DNA from: Candidatus Yanofskybacteria bacterium
Lineage (GTDB): Bacteria > Patescibacteriota > Minisyncoccia > 2-02-FULL-40-12 > GWA2-44-9
Direction of reading: 5' to 3'
Assembly (NCBI GenBank): GCA_020847715.1
Contig: JADLBM010000016.1
Span: forward strand, 6,919 to 70,918
DNA length: 64,000 bases
Below, piece after piece: positions 47,430-57,786 of this stretch. The position numbers were made by a program, and so were the translations under genes. The notes under the pieces were generated by a model. The model ran no database searches. It saw only the letters and a program-made list of their open reading frames with translations, and had not been told where the DNA came from. How positions within the stretch are numbered: the first letter of the stretch is position 1; each line of letters begins with the position of its first letter.

Positions 47430-49250
47430 CTACTCCTGCGCCGCAGAGAGAGGCTCGGGTGAAGCCGAAAGCTGAGCAACGCCTTTCAAGTACTTCGCCG
47501 GCCACTTCCGGTACCAACTCTTGAACTCCTGCACCTCTTTCCGACCATCCGGATAGGTCACCACATATGTCGCGATAGCCGAACCGCCGGGGTGCGGCGT
47601 CTCAACCTGCTTGATGACCCCCGGCGCAAGGTCAGTCGTTTCAATGTAGACCGGCTCGCCGGGCGGTGTTTCAGTGAGCGTACGAGGACCGATGACCTGA
47701 CTCGTGCGCCCATCGCTTGTTCCGTAGAGATCAAACGTCACCTTGTCGCCGATAACATACCCGATGATGAGAAGCGGATATGCGGTATCGTTTTTGAATT
47801 TGAAATCCACATTCGGCTCGTAAATGGTCGCGTCGAGGCCCGGGCCTATCTTCCGTCCCGCGCCATCCTTTTCGTAGTATGTCACGCGATAGCTGTGGTT
47901 CCGGCGCGCAGTCACCGGTAAACCGGCATCCAGCACCGCACGGAAGAGTGTCGTAGATACCTGACATAGTCCGCCGCCAAACTCGGGAAGCGTGCGGTCT
48001 CCTTTGATGACGAGCTCGGGAAGATACCCGCTCGTGTTGTCGATGGTGCCCAATGTCTGAAGTGTCGAAAACTCCTCCCCTGCCTTGACGACGGTACCCG
48101 TGAGAAACTTCACGCCATTTTTAATGTTGCTGATGCGATTCTTCGGACTGCCGGTAAATGGCGTCGTCGCCTTTCCGATGAGCTCACGAATCCCCGATGA
48201 TGCGTCGAGCCCCTCGAGCGCCATACTGGTCGCCTTCAGTGGGACCACGAGCACATCGCCGCCCTTCGCGTTCGTCGCACGACCCGTGACGGAGTCGGCA
48301 ATCATCTGCACCAGTGCGTCCTCCTTCACGGCTCGCCCGACCTTCGGAGGTACAAAACCGGTCACGCGCCCGCCGTCGGTGGTAATCTGCGGCGGCTGAG
48401 GATCGACATTGAGCGCCTTGGCAACCGTCGTAACATACGTGCCGATAGCGGTGCGGTCGACATCCGCGCGCAGACGATTTCCGTCTGCGCGGGAAACGAC
48501 CCACGAGCCAAGCTTCTCGCGACTAATCGTGAAAAAGAGATCCTCGTACTGGAGCGTGAGCGGTCGCGCAATCATGCGGCGCGCGGCGGCCGCCGCGTCT
48601 TCAGCGGTCGTGGCATCGATACGAGGAGGATCGTCACGCAACTGCAACGCGATCGTCGCGCCACCGAGCGAGCGGAGCGAATCAAGGGTCGCGGAAAACG
48701 CTTCCTGCTGGTCGATCGCCCGCCCCGGTTTTGTGTCGGTGCGCACCACTACGGTCGTCCCCTCGATTTCGAGACGCACATCACGGCGTTCGACATCGGT
48801 CGCACCGGCAACCTCCGCGACTTGCGCCTGCAATGCCTGCTCATCAACACGGACGGGTGCGGCGATATGCTCTTGGTGCCAGAGTGCGGAAACGCGAGCC
48901 CACTGCCGCGAAAAGAGCGGCCCCTCATGACCTCGCCTGAATGCATCATCCACGGCCTGTCCGATGTTCAAATCGAACCCGATGTTCCCAAGGTCCACCG
49001 CCTGCGGAGCACCTTCGACAACCAACGGGATGCCCTCCGATCCGAGACGATCAAGCGCCGCCTGCAACGCGAGGCCCGCTTGGTCACGCGTTAGGCCGCC
49101 AACCTCCACCGACCCAATCCATGTGTGCGGCACAATACGGTCGCCAACATACCACCCGTACGCCACAGCTCCGGATACCACGACACCAATAACGGCGACG
49201 ACGCCGATGAGAACGCGAGTCCGTAGAGATGAGAGGGATAGGAGTGCCAC
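47430..49250 (-). CDS. VanW family protein (YoaR-like), membrane-anchored
   Basis: N-terminal TM helix. C-terminal VanW core (GGGLCQVSTTLFRAVLDAGLPV). Confidence 0.7.
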   Translation of the reverse strand: MALLSLSSLRTRVLIGVVAVIGVVVSGAVAYGWYVGDRIVPHTWIGSVEVGGLTRDQAGLALQAALDRLGSEGIPLVVEGAPQAVDLGNIGFDLNIGQAVDDAFRRGHEGPLFSRQWARVSALWHQEHIAAPVRVDEQALQAQVAEVAGATDVERRDVRLEIEGTTVVVRTDTKPGRAIDQQEAFSATLDSLRSLGGATIALQLRDDPPRIDATTAEDAAAAARRMIARPLTLQYEDLFFTISREKLGSWVVSRADGNRLRADVDRTAIGTYVTTVAKALNVDPQPPQITTDGGRVTGFVPPKVGRAVKEDALVQMIADSVTGRATNAKGGDVLVVPLKATSMALEGLDASSGIRELIGKATTPFTGSPKNRISNIKNGVKFLTGTVVKAGEEFSTLQTLGTIDNTSGYLPELVIKGDRTLPEFGGGLCQVSTTLFRAVLDAGLPVTARRNHSYRVTYYEKDGAGRKIGPGLDATIYEPNVDFKFKNDTAYPLLIIGYVIGDKVTFDLYGTSDGRTSQVIGPRTLTETPPGEPVYIETTDLAPGVIKQVETPHPGGSAIATYVVTYPDGRKEVQEFKSWYRKWPAKYLKGVAQLSASPEPLSAAQE

Positions 49251-49255
49251 GATGA

Positions 49256-49861
49256 TCAGAGAAGATTTAATTCGACGAGCGCTGTTTCAAAGTACCCAAG
49301 CACCTGCTTCGCCTCAGTATACCTGAGAAAGTAGTCAATCTCATGCGCCACCCGATTCCTTACTTTGTGTGCCCACCAAATACCATCGAGAGAGCGGAGT
49401 GTTCCGGGTTGAATATTGGTGAGGCGGTCGCCGAATGAATCTCCGGGGAATCCTGCGCGCGCGAGCGCATCCTCGACAAGCTTATCCGCCTCGAGCACGG
49501 CAAGCTTCCAGTCCCCTTCTCGGGTCGACTCGAGGTGCTGAACAATAGCAGACCACCGCGCAGCCAGCATACCCGCTTGTCCCTCGGGAGCGGTCGAAGT
49601 CTCCGGAACCGCCACAGGAGTTGCTACGCCCTGCTTCGCCCGGACAATGCTCTTCTGTCGCGCCACAAATGCGATGAATGCTGCGAGCGCGACACAGACC
49701 ACGAGCGCAATCTGCGAGAGGAGGGTGGTCACGCTTCCGGCGGTCGGGTTCGTACGAACAAAGTCGCCAACGCGCGCCGGAAGCGATGCGTCCCATGCGG
49801 GCCCCTCCCGTAGGAGTGTCGCGAACAACTCAGTGAGTATCTGCCGTAGATGTTCGTAGAG
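49256..49861 (-). CDS. Hypothetical membrane protein
   Basis: ORF with one TM helix. The start is uncertain (49861 or 49906). Confidence 0.45.
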   Translation of the reverse strand, partial: LYEHLRQILTELFATLLREGPAWDASLPARVGDFVRTNPTAGSVTTLLSQIALVVCVALAAFIAFVARQKSIVRAKQGVATPVAVPETSTAPEGQAGMLAARWSAIVQHLESTREGDWKLAVLEADKLVEDALARAGFPGDSFGDRLTNIQPGTLRSLDGIWWAHKVRNRVAHEIDYFLRYTEAKQVLGYFETALVELNLL

Positions 49862-51260
49862 CATCTTCAAGGTGTTTTGCGACACGGAGCACCATCCCCT
49901 CTTCAAACATGTTTCCGATAATCTGGAATCCTACGGGCATACCCGACGCAGCGCCGAGACCGCACGGGACCGAGATTGCGGGGACTCCGGCGAGGTTCAC
50001 GGGGACGGTGTAGATATCGGAAAGGTACATCGCAAGCGGGTCGTCGCTCTTTTCTCCTATCTTGAATGCGGTGGTCGGCGATGTCGGTCCGACGATGACA
50101 TCAACCTGCTCAAATGCGCGGTCGAAATCCTGCCGGATGAGCGCGCGAACTTTTTGTGCTTTCAGATAGTACGCATCGAAGTACCCGGCAGAGAGCGCGT
50201 AGGTTCCCAGCATGATGCGGCGAAGCGGCTCGGGACCAAATCCCTGCGCACGACTCTTGGTGTACACCTCAAGCAGCTGCTCCGCATCGGGTGATGCGTA
50301 GCCGTATCGAATGCCATCGTACCGCGAGAGGTTCGCCGACACCTCACACGGCTGCACGATGTAGTACACGGCAAGGGCGTATGCACTATGCGGCAAAGAA
50401 ATCTCTTTCACCTCAGCCCCCGCCGCCCGAAGCAGCTGAATCCCCTCCTCCACCCGCGCGCGAACCTCATCGCTCAACCCTTCGCCAAAGTATTCCTTCG
50501 GCACACCGACGCGTACACCGGTCATATCGCGCTTCATCTCTGCGATATACTCGGGCACATCGCGCACAACGGTCGTTGAATCGAGCGGGTCCGGCCCTGC
50601 AATAGCGCCGAGCACGAGCGCAGCATCTTCGACGGTCTTCGTGAATGGTCCTATTTGATCCAACGATGACGCCATCGCCATGAGGCCATGACGGCTCACG
50701 CGACCGTAGGTCGGCTTTAGTCCAACCACACCGCACAGCGCAGCCGGTTGTCGAATCGAGCCACCGGTATCGGAACCGAGCGAAAACACACAGAGATCCG
50801 CCGCAACCGCCGCGGCAGACCCCGCAGAGCTGCCGCCCGGCACGCGGTCGGTGTCCCATGGATTTCGCACCACTCCATAGGCGCTGTTCTCCCCCGACGA
50901 CCCCATAGCGAATTCGTCCATGTTCGTCTTTCCCAACAGCTGGGCGCCTCCGGCGCGAAGCTTCGCGTACGCAGTCGCATCATATGCGGACACATAGCGC
51001 TCTAGTATCTTTGAGCCGCCGGTCGCGATGGTTCCCGCAACCAACATGTTGTCCTTCAGCGCATACGGAATACCGGCGAGCACCGATGCGTCCTTCCCGA
51101 GATCGGCGTATGAAAAATCAGCAGTCCGAAACGCATTCAGAAGACCGTTCTGTTCGGCAATACGGCGCTGGTAGTGCTCGAACAACCGCTCGGGCGTCAA
51201 CGCACCCGCCAGAAATGCCGCTCGGGCCGATGCGATGGTGTATCCAATATCTTTACTCAT
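49830..51260 (-). CDS. gatA: Glutamyl-tRNA(Gln)/Asp-tRNA(Asn) amidotransferase subunit A
   Basis: Amidase signature [13 protein letters not shown]. Confidence 0.9.
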   Translation of the reverse strand: MSKDIGYTIASARAAFLAGALTPERLFEHYQRRIAEQNGLLNAFRTADFSYADLGKDASVLAGIPYALKDNMLVAGTIATGGSKILERYVSAYDATAYAKLRAGGAQLLGKTNMDEFAMGSSGENSAYGVVRNPWDTDRVPGGSSAGSAAAVAADLCVFSLGSDTGGSIRQPAALCGVVGLKPTYGRVSRHGLMAMASSLDQIGPFTKTVEDAALVLGAIAGPDPLDSTTVVRDVPEYIAEMKRDMTGVRVGVPKEYFGEGLSDEVRARVEEGIQLLRAAGAEVKEISLPHSAYALAVYYIVQPCEVSANLSRYDGIRYGYASPDAEQLLEVYTKSRAQGFGPEPLRRIMLGTYALSAGYFDAYYLKAQKVRALIRQDFDRAFEQVDVIVGPTSPTTAFKIGEKSDDPLAMYLSDIYTVPVNLAGVPAISVPCGLGAASGMPVGFQIIGNMFEEGMVLRVAKHLEDALRTSTADTH

Positions 51261-51559
51261 GTGCGTTTCACGGCTTTCACTTTCACGAATCGCCCTTCAT
51301 GCTCCGGCGCCTGCTCGACGAGGCGGCTGAAGAGCGCAGTATCCATCGGAAAATCGCCGCGATGCTCGTCGGGTCTCGTTCGATTCTGGAGACCGGTCAC
51401 CTGATAGAGTGGCTCGACACCGGTCGTGTCTGCTTTCTCGAGCACCGCAATATAATCGAGAACGCTCGAAAGGTCTTTCTTCATGCGCTCACGCAACGCA
51501 TCGGTGAGTTCGATGCGGGCAAGCTTTGCGATGTGACTCACTTCCTGGTCGGTCAGCAT
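51257..51559 (-). CDS. gatC: Amidotransferase subunit C
   Basis: 100 aa GatC sequence. TGCTAGGAT sits 6 nt upstream of the ATG. Confidence 0.85.
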   Translation of the reverse strand: MLTDQEVSHIAKLARIELTDALRERMKKDLSSVLDYIAVLEKADTTGVEPLYQVTGLQNRTRPDEHRGDFPMDTALFSRLVEQAPEHEGRFVKVKAVKRT

Positions 51560-51652
51560 AGCGGCATCCTAGCATGGAAATTGGCTGAAATAAATAGGTT
51601 CTTTATGGTAACTCAGAATCGCTCAAGCGGCACAGCCGCTGCGATTCTGCCC

Positions 51653-51683
51653 GTTTTGATAATGCTGTATGCATTATCAAAAC
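51653..51683. promoter_or_regulatory. 13-bp perfect inverted repeat GTTTTGATAATGC-N5-GCATTATCAAAAC (operator-like; Fur-family-like TGATAAT half-sites)
   Basis: Read directly from the sequence. It lies between a terminator hairpin (51688-51710) and a second hairpin (51614-51649), upstream of gatC. Confidence 0.45.
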
Positions 51684-51858
51684 GAAAGCCCCGGGCGATG
51701 TGCACGGGGCAGATGAGGATGGAGGCGACGGATGGGAGTTTCAGCCCACCGAGTACAGGGTTTGCAGGCCCTGCGCGTTGTTCTTCGCCACGCCGCCGAT
51801 TTGATTCTAGCAGCTTCGCTGCTCGCGAAAAAGTGCTGGCGTCGGGCGACCGGGAAGC

Positions 51859-52302
51859 CTACTTCTTGCGAACGCTCAAAACTCCCTGCACAGCGACAAA
51901 GTACGAGCGCTCGCCGACCCCAACCCTGCCCGCACTCACGGGACGAGCGAAGGGCAAGCGGAACATGTTCTTCCCCTGCGTTACCGTGATATGGGCATCA
52001 ACCGGAGCCCACACGAAGTAGTAGGAGGAGCACAGCTTTGCGCTATCTACCGCGACCACAAGCCAAAGTGTTATGACCGCCGTCCCCGTGCCGCACTCAT
52101 CAACATCGAGTCGCCGGAAACCGAACGTCAAGCGCATCGTGCACCGACGGACCCCGTCTTTGTTGGTCTCGCGCACCTTCGTGAAGCGCCTGACATGAGT
52201 CACCGACACCGGAGAGACGGCAGCGACGGCAAGCGCACCATTCAGAGCGCTCAGCGCTGCCAATTCTCGCTCGGACAGCTCTTTCCCTTTCGCCATTGTC
52301 AA
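51859..52302 (-). CDS. Hypothetical protein (147 aa)
   Basis: ORF with a downstream intrinsic terminator (GCCCCG...CGGGGC + TTTCGTTTT). Confidence 0.4.
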   Translation of the reverse strand: MTMAKGKELSERELAALSALNGALAVAAVSPVSVTHVRRFTKVRETNKDGVRRCTMRLTFGFRRLDVDECGTGTAVITLWLVVAVDSAKLCSSYYFVWAPVDAHITVTQGKNMFRLPFARPVSAGRVGVGERSYFVAVQGVLSVRKK

Positions 52303-52382
52303 ACCCTCCCCTCACGGGAGTACGCGGCGGCATGCCGCATAGCACCGTCACGGTGCGTCGCTATTATGCCACACACTATGCA

Positions 52383-54401
52383 CTACTTCAAGAGTGCGAG
52401 GAATTCTTCTTCCGAGAGCTGCTCGATACCGTGTTTCTCCGCGGCAGCAATTTTCGCCGCGCCCGGCTCTGCGCCTACAACAATATAGCTGGTCGCCTTA
52501 CTCACCGAGCTGGTTGCCTTGCCACCCAACGAGCGGACTTTTTCTTCGGCTTCCTCGCGACTCAGCGTATCCAGCGTTCCAGTCACCACGAATGTTTTTC
52601 CGGACAGCTTTCCTTTTGACGCGGCCTTCTCGGAAAGCACGCGTACACCTGCCGCCTCGAACTTGTTGAGCAGCTGCTTGGCGTATGACCGCGCGAACCA
52701 CTCAGCAATACTGTGCGCCACCACTGGGCCGACATCGGGAACCGCCGTGAGCTCCTCCTCGGATGCGTTCGCCAGCGCGGCAAGCGTATGAAAATGCTGG
52801 GCGAGTGCCCGTGCAGTCTCCTCCCCCACATGTTCGATTCCTAGTGCATAAACGAATCGCGCGAGCGGAACCTCCGTCCGCGACCGGATGGACTCCACCA
52901 GCTTCGCACTCGAAACATCCGCGAATCCCTCAAGGTTCATAAGATCTTCCGGCGTGAGCGTGAAGAGATCTGCCGCATCGGTGATGAGTCCCGCATCGAG
53001 AAGTTGGTCGAGCGTTTGCGGCCCGAGTCCTTCGATGTTCAGCGCGTTGCGACTGACAAAGTGATAGATGCCCCGCCGCTGCTGTGCTGGACACTCCCGA
53101 TTCGGGCACGCAAATGCGACCTGCCCTTGCGCGCGTGTAACGGCCGTACCACACACAGGGCACTTCTTCGGCATCTGGAACTCTCTCGCTCCTGCGGGTC
53201 GAAGCTCGGGAAGCACCTTGAGGATATCCGGAATCACATCCCCCGCCCGCCCGACAATGACCGTATCGCCGATGCGCACATCGAGGCGTCGCACTTCATC
53301 TATATTATGGAGCGTCGCCCGACTCACTGTGATGCCGCCAATATGCACTGGCCGCAGATGCGCAACCGGCGTGAGCACACCCGTTCGCCCCACCTGCACC
53401 TGAATATCCTCCACGACGGTCTCCGCCTGCCTCGGTGCAAACTTGAATGCGATAGCGCCGCGGGGCGACTTCCCCACGATGCCGGCGCGACGGTAGACCG
53501 CGTTGTCGTTCACGGAAATCACCGTGCCGTCGAACTCGTAATCCAGCGCATCGCGTTTCGTCTCCCATGCTACGTAGAACGCGAGCACATCGGATATGTC
53601 GGCGGCGACAACGCCATGCGGGTTTACGGGAATGCCCCACGCCCGCAATGCGTCATATTCATCACTGTGCGTCGCGAAGTCGCCACCGTAGGAGCCGTCG
53701 GTCCCCACGATGCTGTATCCATAGAATGAAAGCTTCCTCCCCGCGGTCACCGAAGGGTCAAGCTGGCGGATGGTCCCCGCCGCGAGGTTGCGCGGGTTGG
53801 CGTAGACCTTCTCCTCGCCATGCGCGAGCTCGGCATTGATGCGCGCAAATTCACTCTTAAGCAGAAACACCTCCCCACGCACCAGGAGTACATCCGGCAC
53901 CGCGCGGTCGGCGTCTCTCAAGCGCAACGGCACCGCCTCCACGGTACGAATATTCTGTGTCACATCCTCCCCCACCATGCCATCGCCTCGTGTCGACGCC
54001 TGCACCAACACGCCGCGCTCGTACCGCAGCTCGATAGCAAGTCCGTCCATTTTCAGGTCGCAATAGAACCCGCCACGGTACGGCGCGCCCAAAAAATTCT
54101 CCAGCCGTTCGAGCCATGCTCGGAAATCGGCCTCCGAGAACGCATCATTGAGCGATATCATGCGCCCGGGGTGTGGCACCTTGGTGAACCCCTCCAGCGG
54201 CGTGCCGGCAACCCGCTGGGTCGGCGAATCGGGCGTAATCAGCTCAGGGTATTGCTGCTCAAGGTCGAACAGCTCCTTCTTCAGGGAATCCAACGCATCC
54301 TCGGATATCGAAAGCCGGTCGAGCACGTGGTACTCGTACCGGTACTGGTCAATGAGCGTGCGCAGCTTTGCGATACGCTCCGTGGCGGCGGCCTTATCCA
54401 T
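52383..54401 (-). CDS. ligA: NAD-dependent DNA ligase
   Basis: KxDG adenylation motif (KMDGLAIEL), OB, Zn-finger, HhH and BRCT domains. TGCTATGAT sits 6 nt upstream of ATG 54401. The longer N-terminal extension is rejected. Confidence 0.95.
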   Translation of the reverse strand: MDKAAATERIAKLRTLIDQYRYEYHVLDRLSISEDALDSLKKELFDLEQQYPELITPDSPTQRVAGTPLEGFTKVPHPGRMISLNDAFSEADFRAWLERLENFLGAPYRGGFYCDLKMDGLAIELRYERGVLVQASTRGDGMVGEDVTQNIRTVEAVPLRLRDADRAVPDVLLVRGEVFLLKSEFARINAELAHGEEKVYANPRNLAAGTIRQLDPSVTAGRKLSFYGYSIVGTDGSYGGDFATHSDEYDALRAWGIPVNPHGVVAADISDVLAFYVAWETKRDALDYEFDGTVISVNDNAVYRRAGIVGKSPRGAIAFKFAPRQAETVVEDIQVQVGRTGVLTPVAHLRPVHIGGITVSRATLHNIDEVRRLDVRIGDTVIVGRAGDVIPDILKVLPELRPAGAREFQMPKKCPVCGTAVTRAQGQVAFACPNRECPAQQRRGIYHFVSRNALNIEGLGPQTLDQLLDAGLITDAADLFTLTPEDLMNLEGFADVSSAKLVESIRSRTEVPLARFVYALGIEHVGEETARALAQHFHTLAALANASEEELTAVPDVGPVVAHSIAEWFARSYAKQLLNKFEAAGVRVLSEKAASKGKLSGKTFVVTGTLDTLSREEAEEKVRSLGGKATSSVSKATSYIVVGAEPGAAKIAAAEKHGIEQLSEEEFLALLK

Positions 54402-54448
54402 GGCCGTATCATAGCAAAAATACAGAAGCCTCCCACCCTCCAGAGCGC

Positions 54449-54823
54449 CTACTGCGAGATCTCCAGCGCGCGGGAGGTGCCTCGATACTTCCCAATTGCT
54501 CGGAACTGGAACGACGCACTTCCCAGCGCTGCACAGTTTCCTGTGATATCTCCGCCTCCGCCGACATTTATCAACTGATAGGTCGCATCCAGCGAAAAAG
54601 AGAGTGGGCTCTGATCTATTGTCGAGCGCGCCTCGTAGAGGCACAGCTCGGCGGCACTATCCGCCGCGTAGAGCGCAACGACCGAGTCTCGCGCGGCGGC
54701 CGCGGATTTGAGTTTCCCGATGAAGAGCGAGCTGAGCGTGAGGCCGATAGCCAGCATCACCGACATGGTCAACATGGCATAGATGATGACACTCCCCCGC
54801 TGTGAGAAGGTTTGGGCGGTCAT
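54449..54823 (-). CDS. Pseudopilin / minor pilin-like protein
   Basis: N-terminal hydrophobic helix. 4-nt overlap with the upstream pilin gene. Confidence 0.55.
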   Translation of the reverse strand: MTAQTFSQRGSVIIYAMLTMSVMLAIGLTLSSLFIGKLKSAAAARDSVVALYAADSAAELCLYEARSTIDQSPLSFSLDATYQLINVGGGGDITGNCAALGSASFQFRAIGKYRGTSRALEISQ

Positions 54824-55362
54824 GGTGCAAGATCTTGAGAAAGGTCGCGAGATGCGATGGTCGTCTGGAGCGATACGGTGACTTGCGCGCCCGCGCGGCC
54901 GGCAGTCGAGCGAAGTGTCATAGGAATCGTCACCCGCGCCTGCCGCCCTCCAGGACCGGAGCCGCTCACGCAGAACGCGAACGCGGAAATGTCGACATCG
55001 CTTGAGGTAATCTGCTCGGGGCCGCTGCCGGCATCCCTCGTCACCACACCAACGCCGGATGTTTTCGTGTAGGTGTACGTAATCGGCCCGCTCACGGGGT
55101 GCTCGATGGTAAGCGTATGCGTCGTGCTCGGGTCGGGAGGCGTGCACACCGTGTCGGCGCTCGTCACGCGGCTCACGCGAACCTCGCGCGCGATGGACTC
55201 CAACAGGTACTGTGCGTTCTCCTCTATCTTTTGGATGCCCGTCGCTCGACGCTGAAGGTCCAGCGCCTGCATGAACAGTCCCGTTACGCCGGCAACAACA
55301 AATGTGAAGATCGTCGCGGCGACCAAGAGCTCAACGAGAGAAAAGCCGTGCTGGTATTTCAT
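54820..55362 (-). CDS. Type IV pilin-like pseudopilin (prepilin N-terminus GFSLVELLVA)
   Basis: Prepilin cleavage/methylation motif. Confidence 0.7.
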   Translation of the reverse strand: MKYQHGFSLVELLVAATIFTFVVAGVTGLFMQALDLQRRATGIQKIEENAQYLLESIAREVRVSRVTSADTVCTPPDPSTTHTLTIEHPVSGPITYTYTKTSGVGVVTRDAGSGPEQITSSDVDISAFAFCVSGSGPGGRQARVTIPMTLRSTAGRAGAQVTVSLQTTIASRDLSQDLAP

Positions 55363-55841
55363 GGGAGCCAATTGAACAGGTGAGACTCGACAACAAAACG
55401 CTTGTCCGTCTTCCGCTCGCGCCATGTAACTTCGCTCAGAACCGAAAGCTCGACGGGAGATACCTGCGTAATTGTGATCTTTCGCTGGAACGGCGAATTC
55501 ACTCCGGACCCGTACTGATACATCCCCGTCGCGGCGTCGAACTTCAGCGGAATATTCTTCCCGATATCCTGAGGAACATCGGAGCTCCACTCCACCCGAC
55601 ATCCGCCGGTACACGCGTCGAGTCCTGCGTTGAACGCCCGCCCCGCAAACCAGTTGTCATCCCTCATCGAACGAACCACTTCTATCCCCTCTTGGGCGAC
55701 ATTCGCCGCAATGAGCGCATTCCGAATGGTCGTCGAGAGCGTGAGGGCATTCGAAGCCTGAATGAACGCTGGCACCAGACCGACGCTCAGGAGCGTCAGC
55801 GCGACCAGCACTTCGACAAGTGTGAATCCTTTCTGCGTCAT
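55359..55841 (-). CDS. Type IV pilin-like pseudopilin (GFTLVEVLVA)
   Basis: Prepilin motif. Confidence 0.7.
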   Translation of the reverse strand: MTQKGFTLVEVLVALTLLSVGLVPAFIQASNALTLSTTIRNALIAANVAQEGIEVVRSMRDDNWFAGRAFNAGLDACTGGCRVEWSSDVPQDIGKNIPLKFDAATGMYQYGSGVNSPFQRKITITQVSPVELSVLSEVTWRERKTDKRFVVESHLFNWLP

Positions 55842-56383
55842 TGTAATTGGATGCGTCCGGATGACGAAACGGAAACGGTCCGACAGTCGGGCGAGGGACA
55901 GTGCGCTCCTTTTCGGCGCACAACAACCGTCGTGCTCGCTCCCGGGTTCGAGACACCGTTCAGGTAGGTCGTCGGATTCGGAGGCTCGAAGTAGATATCG
56001 GGCAGCGGAGGAACGATTTCGAGCACATTACTTGCGAGGACCACCTGCCGAAGTACGGTACTCGCCGCCGCGTCGAATACCCGCGGCGCGCCCGTACAAT
56101 CAACGGCCGCAGACTCTGGCCCCGCGTAGAGGGTATACCCCGTCGCAGCAAAATGGATTCCGTACCCGCACCGGTAGGTGCCCCGCACCAGCGAGCCGGC
56201 CAGTGCCTGTGCCTGCGCCTCGCGAATCGCATCCTGTATCGTGAGAACGGTCTGATTCAGATCGACGCGCGTGCGGGAAAAGTTTATGACCAACAACCCC
56301 GTGATGAACACGGTGATACTTGCGACAACGAGTACCTCGATCAGCGTGAACCCTTGTTGTGGATGATGACTGGTGTTGAGCAT
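55838..56383 (-). CDS. Type IV pilin-like pseudopilin (GFTLIEVLVV)
   Basis: Prepilin motif. Confidence 0.7.
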   Translation of the reverse strand: MLNTSHHPQQGFTLIEVLVVASITVFITGLLVINFSRTRVDLNQTVLTIQDAIREAQAQALAGSLVRGTYRCGYGIHFAATGYTLYAGPESAAVDCTGAPRVFDAAASTVLRQVVLASNVLEIVPPLPDIYFEPPNPTTYLNGVSNPGASTTVVVRRKGAHCPSPDCRTVSVSSSGRIQLQ

Positions 56384-57141
56384 TAGAACGCGGGAGTGAG
56401 CAGCCCTGAAAGGTACGCAATCCAGCTTGGAGCGAGAAGGGTTGCGATTGCTGCGGCAGTCCAGAACGACCCGAACGGAAGGGCCGTCTGCATAGTCGCT
56501 CTTCGGAATACCATCAGACCGACTCCGGCGAGGGCGCCTCCCCAGATGGCGGCCAGCGTTACGCCAACTGCCATCGGATACCCGAACAGCGCTCCGATCA
56601 CGAATGCAAGCTTCACATCCCCGAACCCGAGCCACCGGCCGCGCGAGTAGAAGAAGAGCAGGGCGAGCAGCGAGGAAAGGAGCACTCCGGTCGCGAGCGC
56701 ATTCACGAGTTGATCCGGACGATAGTATGCGATGCGCGCGACAACGAGAAGCGCCAAAGGATAGACAATGGCATCCGGAAGCATGTGGTGAACGAGATCA
56801 AAGAAGAACAGCCCGACCAATCCAAAGAGCACCACAAGGCCGAGGAGGCTCCACATGGTCGCAACGCCGGACACAATAACGGCGGTGGCGAGAACAGCTG
56901 CGGTCGTCAGCTCGAGCACCGGATAGAGCGTCGAGATGGGCCCGCCACAGTAGCGACATTTTCCGCGGAGCCACACCCAACTAGCAAGCGGAACGAGGTC
57001 GTACCACGCCAGCACGTGCATACAGTTCGGGCAATGCGATCGCCCCGCAGCGGCCCCGCGCCAATGCGGCCATCTACCGATGAGCACGCTCAGGAAACTC
57101 CCGAGCATCAACCCAATACCCGCAGCAAGTATCGCCTCCAT
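56383..57141 (-). CDS. pilD: Prepilin peptidase (A24 family)
   Basis: N-terminal CPNC...CRYC zinc site and multiple TM segments. TATACT sits 7 nt upstream of the ATG. Confidence 0.9.
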   Translation of the reverse strand: MEAILAAGIGLMLGSFLSVLIGRWPHWRGAAAGRSHCPNCMHVLAWYDLVPLASWVWLRGKCRYCGGPISTLYPVLELTTAAVLATAVIVSGVATMWSLLGLVVLFGLVGLFFFDLVHHMLPDAIVYPLALLVVARIAYYRPDQLVNALATGVLLSSLLALLFFYSRGRWLGFGDVKLAFVIGALFGYPMAVGVTLAAIWGGALAGVGLMVFRRATMQTALPFGSFWTAAAIATLLAPSWIAYLSGLLTPAF

Positions 57142-57154
57142 ATTCCCCAGTATA

Positions 57155-57186
57155 CCATTCCGCCCTCCTTTTGGAGGGCGGAATGG
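57155..57186. terminator. Perfect 14-bp hairpin between pilA and pilD (attenuator/terminator; no U-tract)
   Basis: CCATTCCGCCCTCC-TTTT-GGAGGGCGGAATGG. Confidence 0.55.
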
Positions 57187-57221
57187 TATCTCGTGCTACT
57201 CACCTCTTCTGCGCTTCAGTG

Positions 57222-57710
57222 CTATTGAATCCCTTGGTCGTAGACGCAGCTGGTCTTTGTCTTTGCACAATCGGAATCGCCCGCTCCCACGCTGTTCGTG
57301 TCGCCGGACCACCCGCTGCTATCGATATCGGCATCGCTGGTCAGCGCCGCGGCGGTCTGCTCGAGCGTCGCCCAAATCTGGAACTGCGAAGGTGCGGCAG
57401 CGGGATTGTAGGCGTACCCGTACGGCTGAGAGGTCAGCGGATCGACCGGAACACGCGTAAGGTAGCGACCGATTTCCGCCGCCGTGATAGCCGTCGGATA
57501 GACGCCGCCATTGTCTTCGAAGTATTGCTCGACGGCGGTGCGAATCTGGTTCACATCCGTGATGCGCTTCGTATCGCGGGCGCGGGCGCGGGCGGTACCG
57601 AGCTGCAACAGTACCAGCGTCGCAAGGACACCGATGATAGCGATAACGACCAACAGCTCCACAAGAGTGAAGCCCTTCTCACGCCGGAGGAACTTGGTGG
57701 GTGTGAACAT
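57222..57710 (-). CDS. pilA: Major type IV pilin
   Basis: KGFTLVELLVVIAIIGVLA prepilin N-terminus. 162 aa. Confidence 0.85.
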   Translation of the reverse strand: MFTPTKFLRREKGFTLVELLVVIAIIGVLATLVLLQLGTARARARDTKRITDVNQIRTAVEQYFEDNGGVYPTAITAAEIGRYLTRVPVDPLTSQPYGYAYNPAAAPSQFQIWATLEQTAAALTSDADIDSSGWSGDTNSVGAGDSDCAKTKTSCVYDQGIQ

Positions 57711-57786
57711 AAAACGAGTAACGTAAATACGCTTCTATTGTATATCCCTCGAACCACAAGCGACAGCTCGTTATCAACAGAACCCA

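Noticed and set aside
52383-54644. N-terminal extensions of ligA (to 54644), pilC (to 59088), pilB (to 60958), pilM (to 63346), glyQS (to 37299), rpmF (to 15016), tmk (to 25276) and pheS (to 33131)
   Set aside because: The extensions are Arg/Cys-rich junk or overlap upstream terminators or genes. Conserved family N-termini, nearby -10 elements or SD sequences support the internal starts used.
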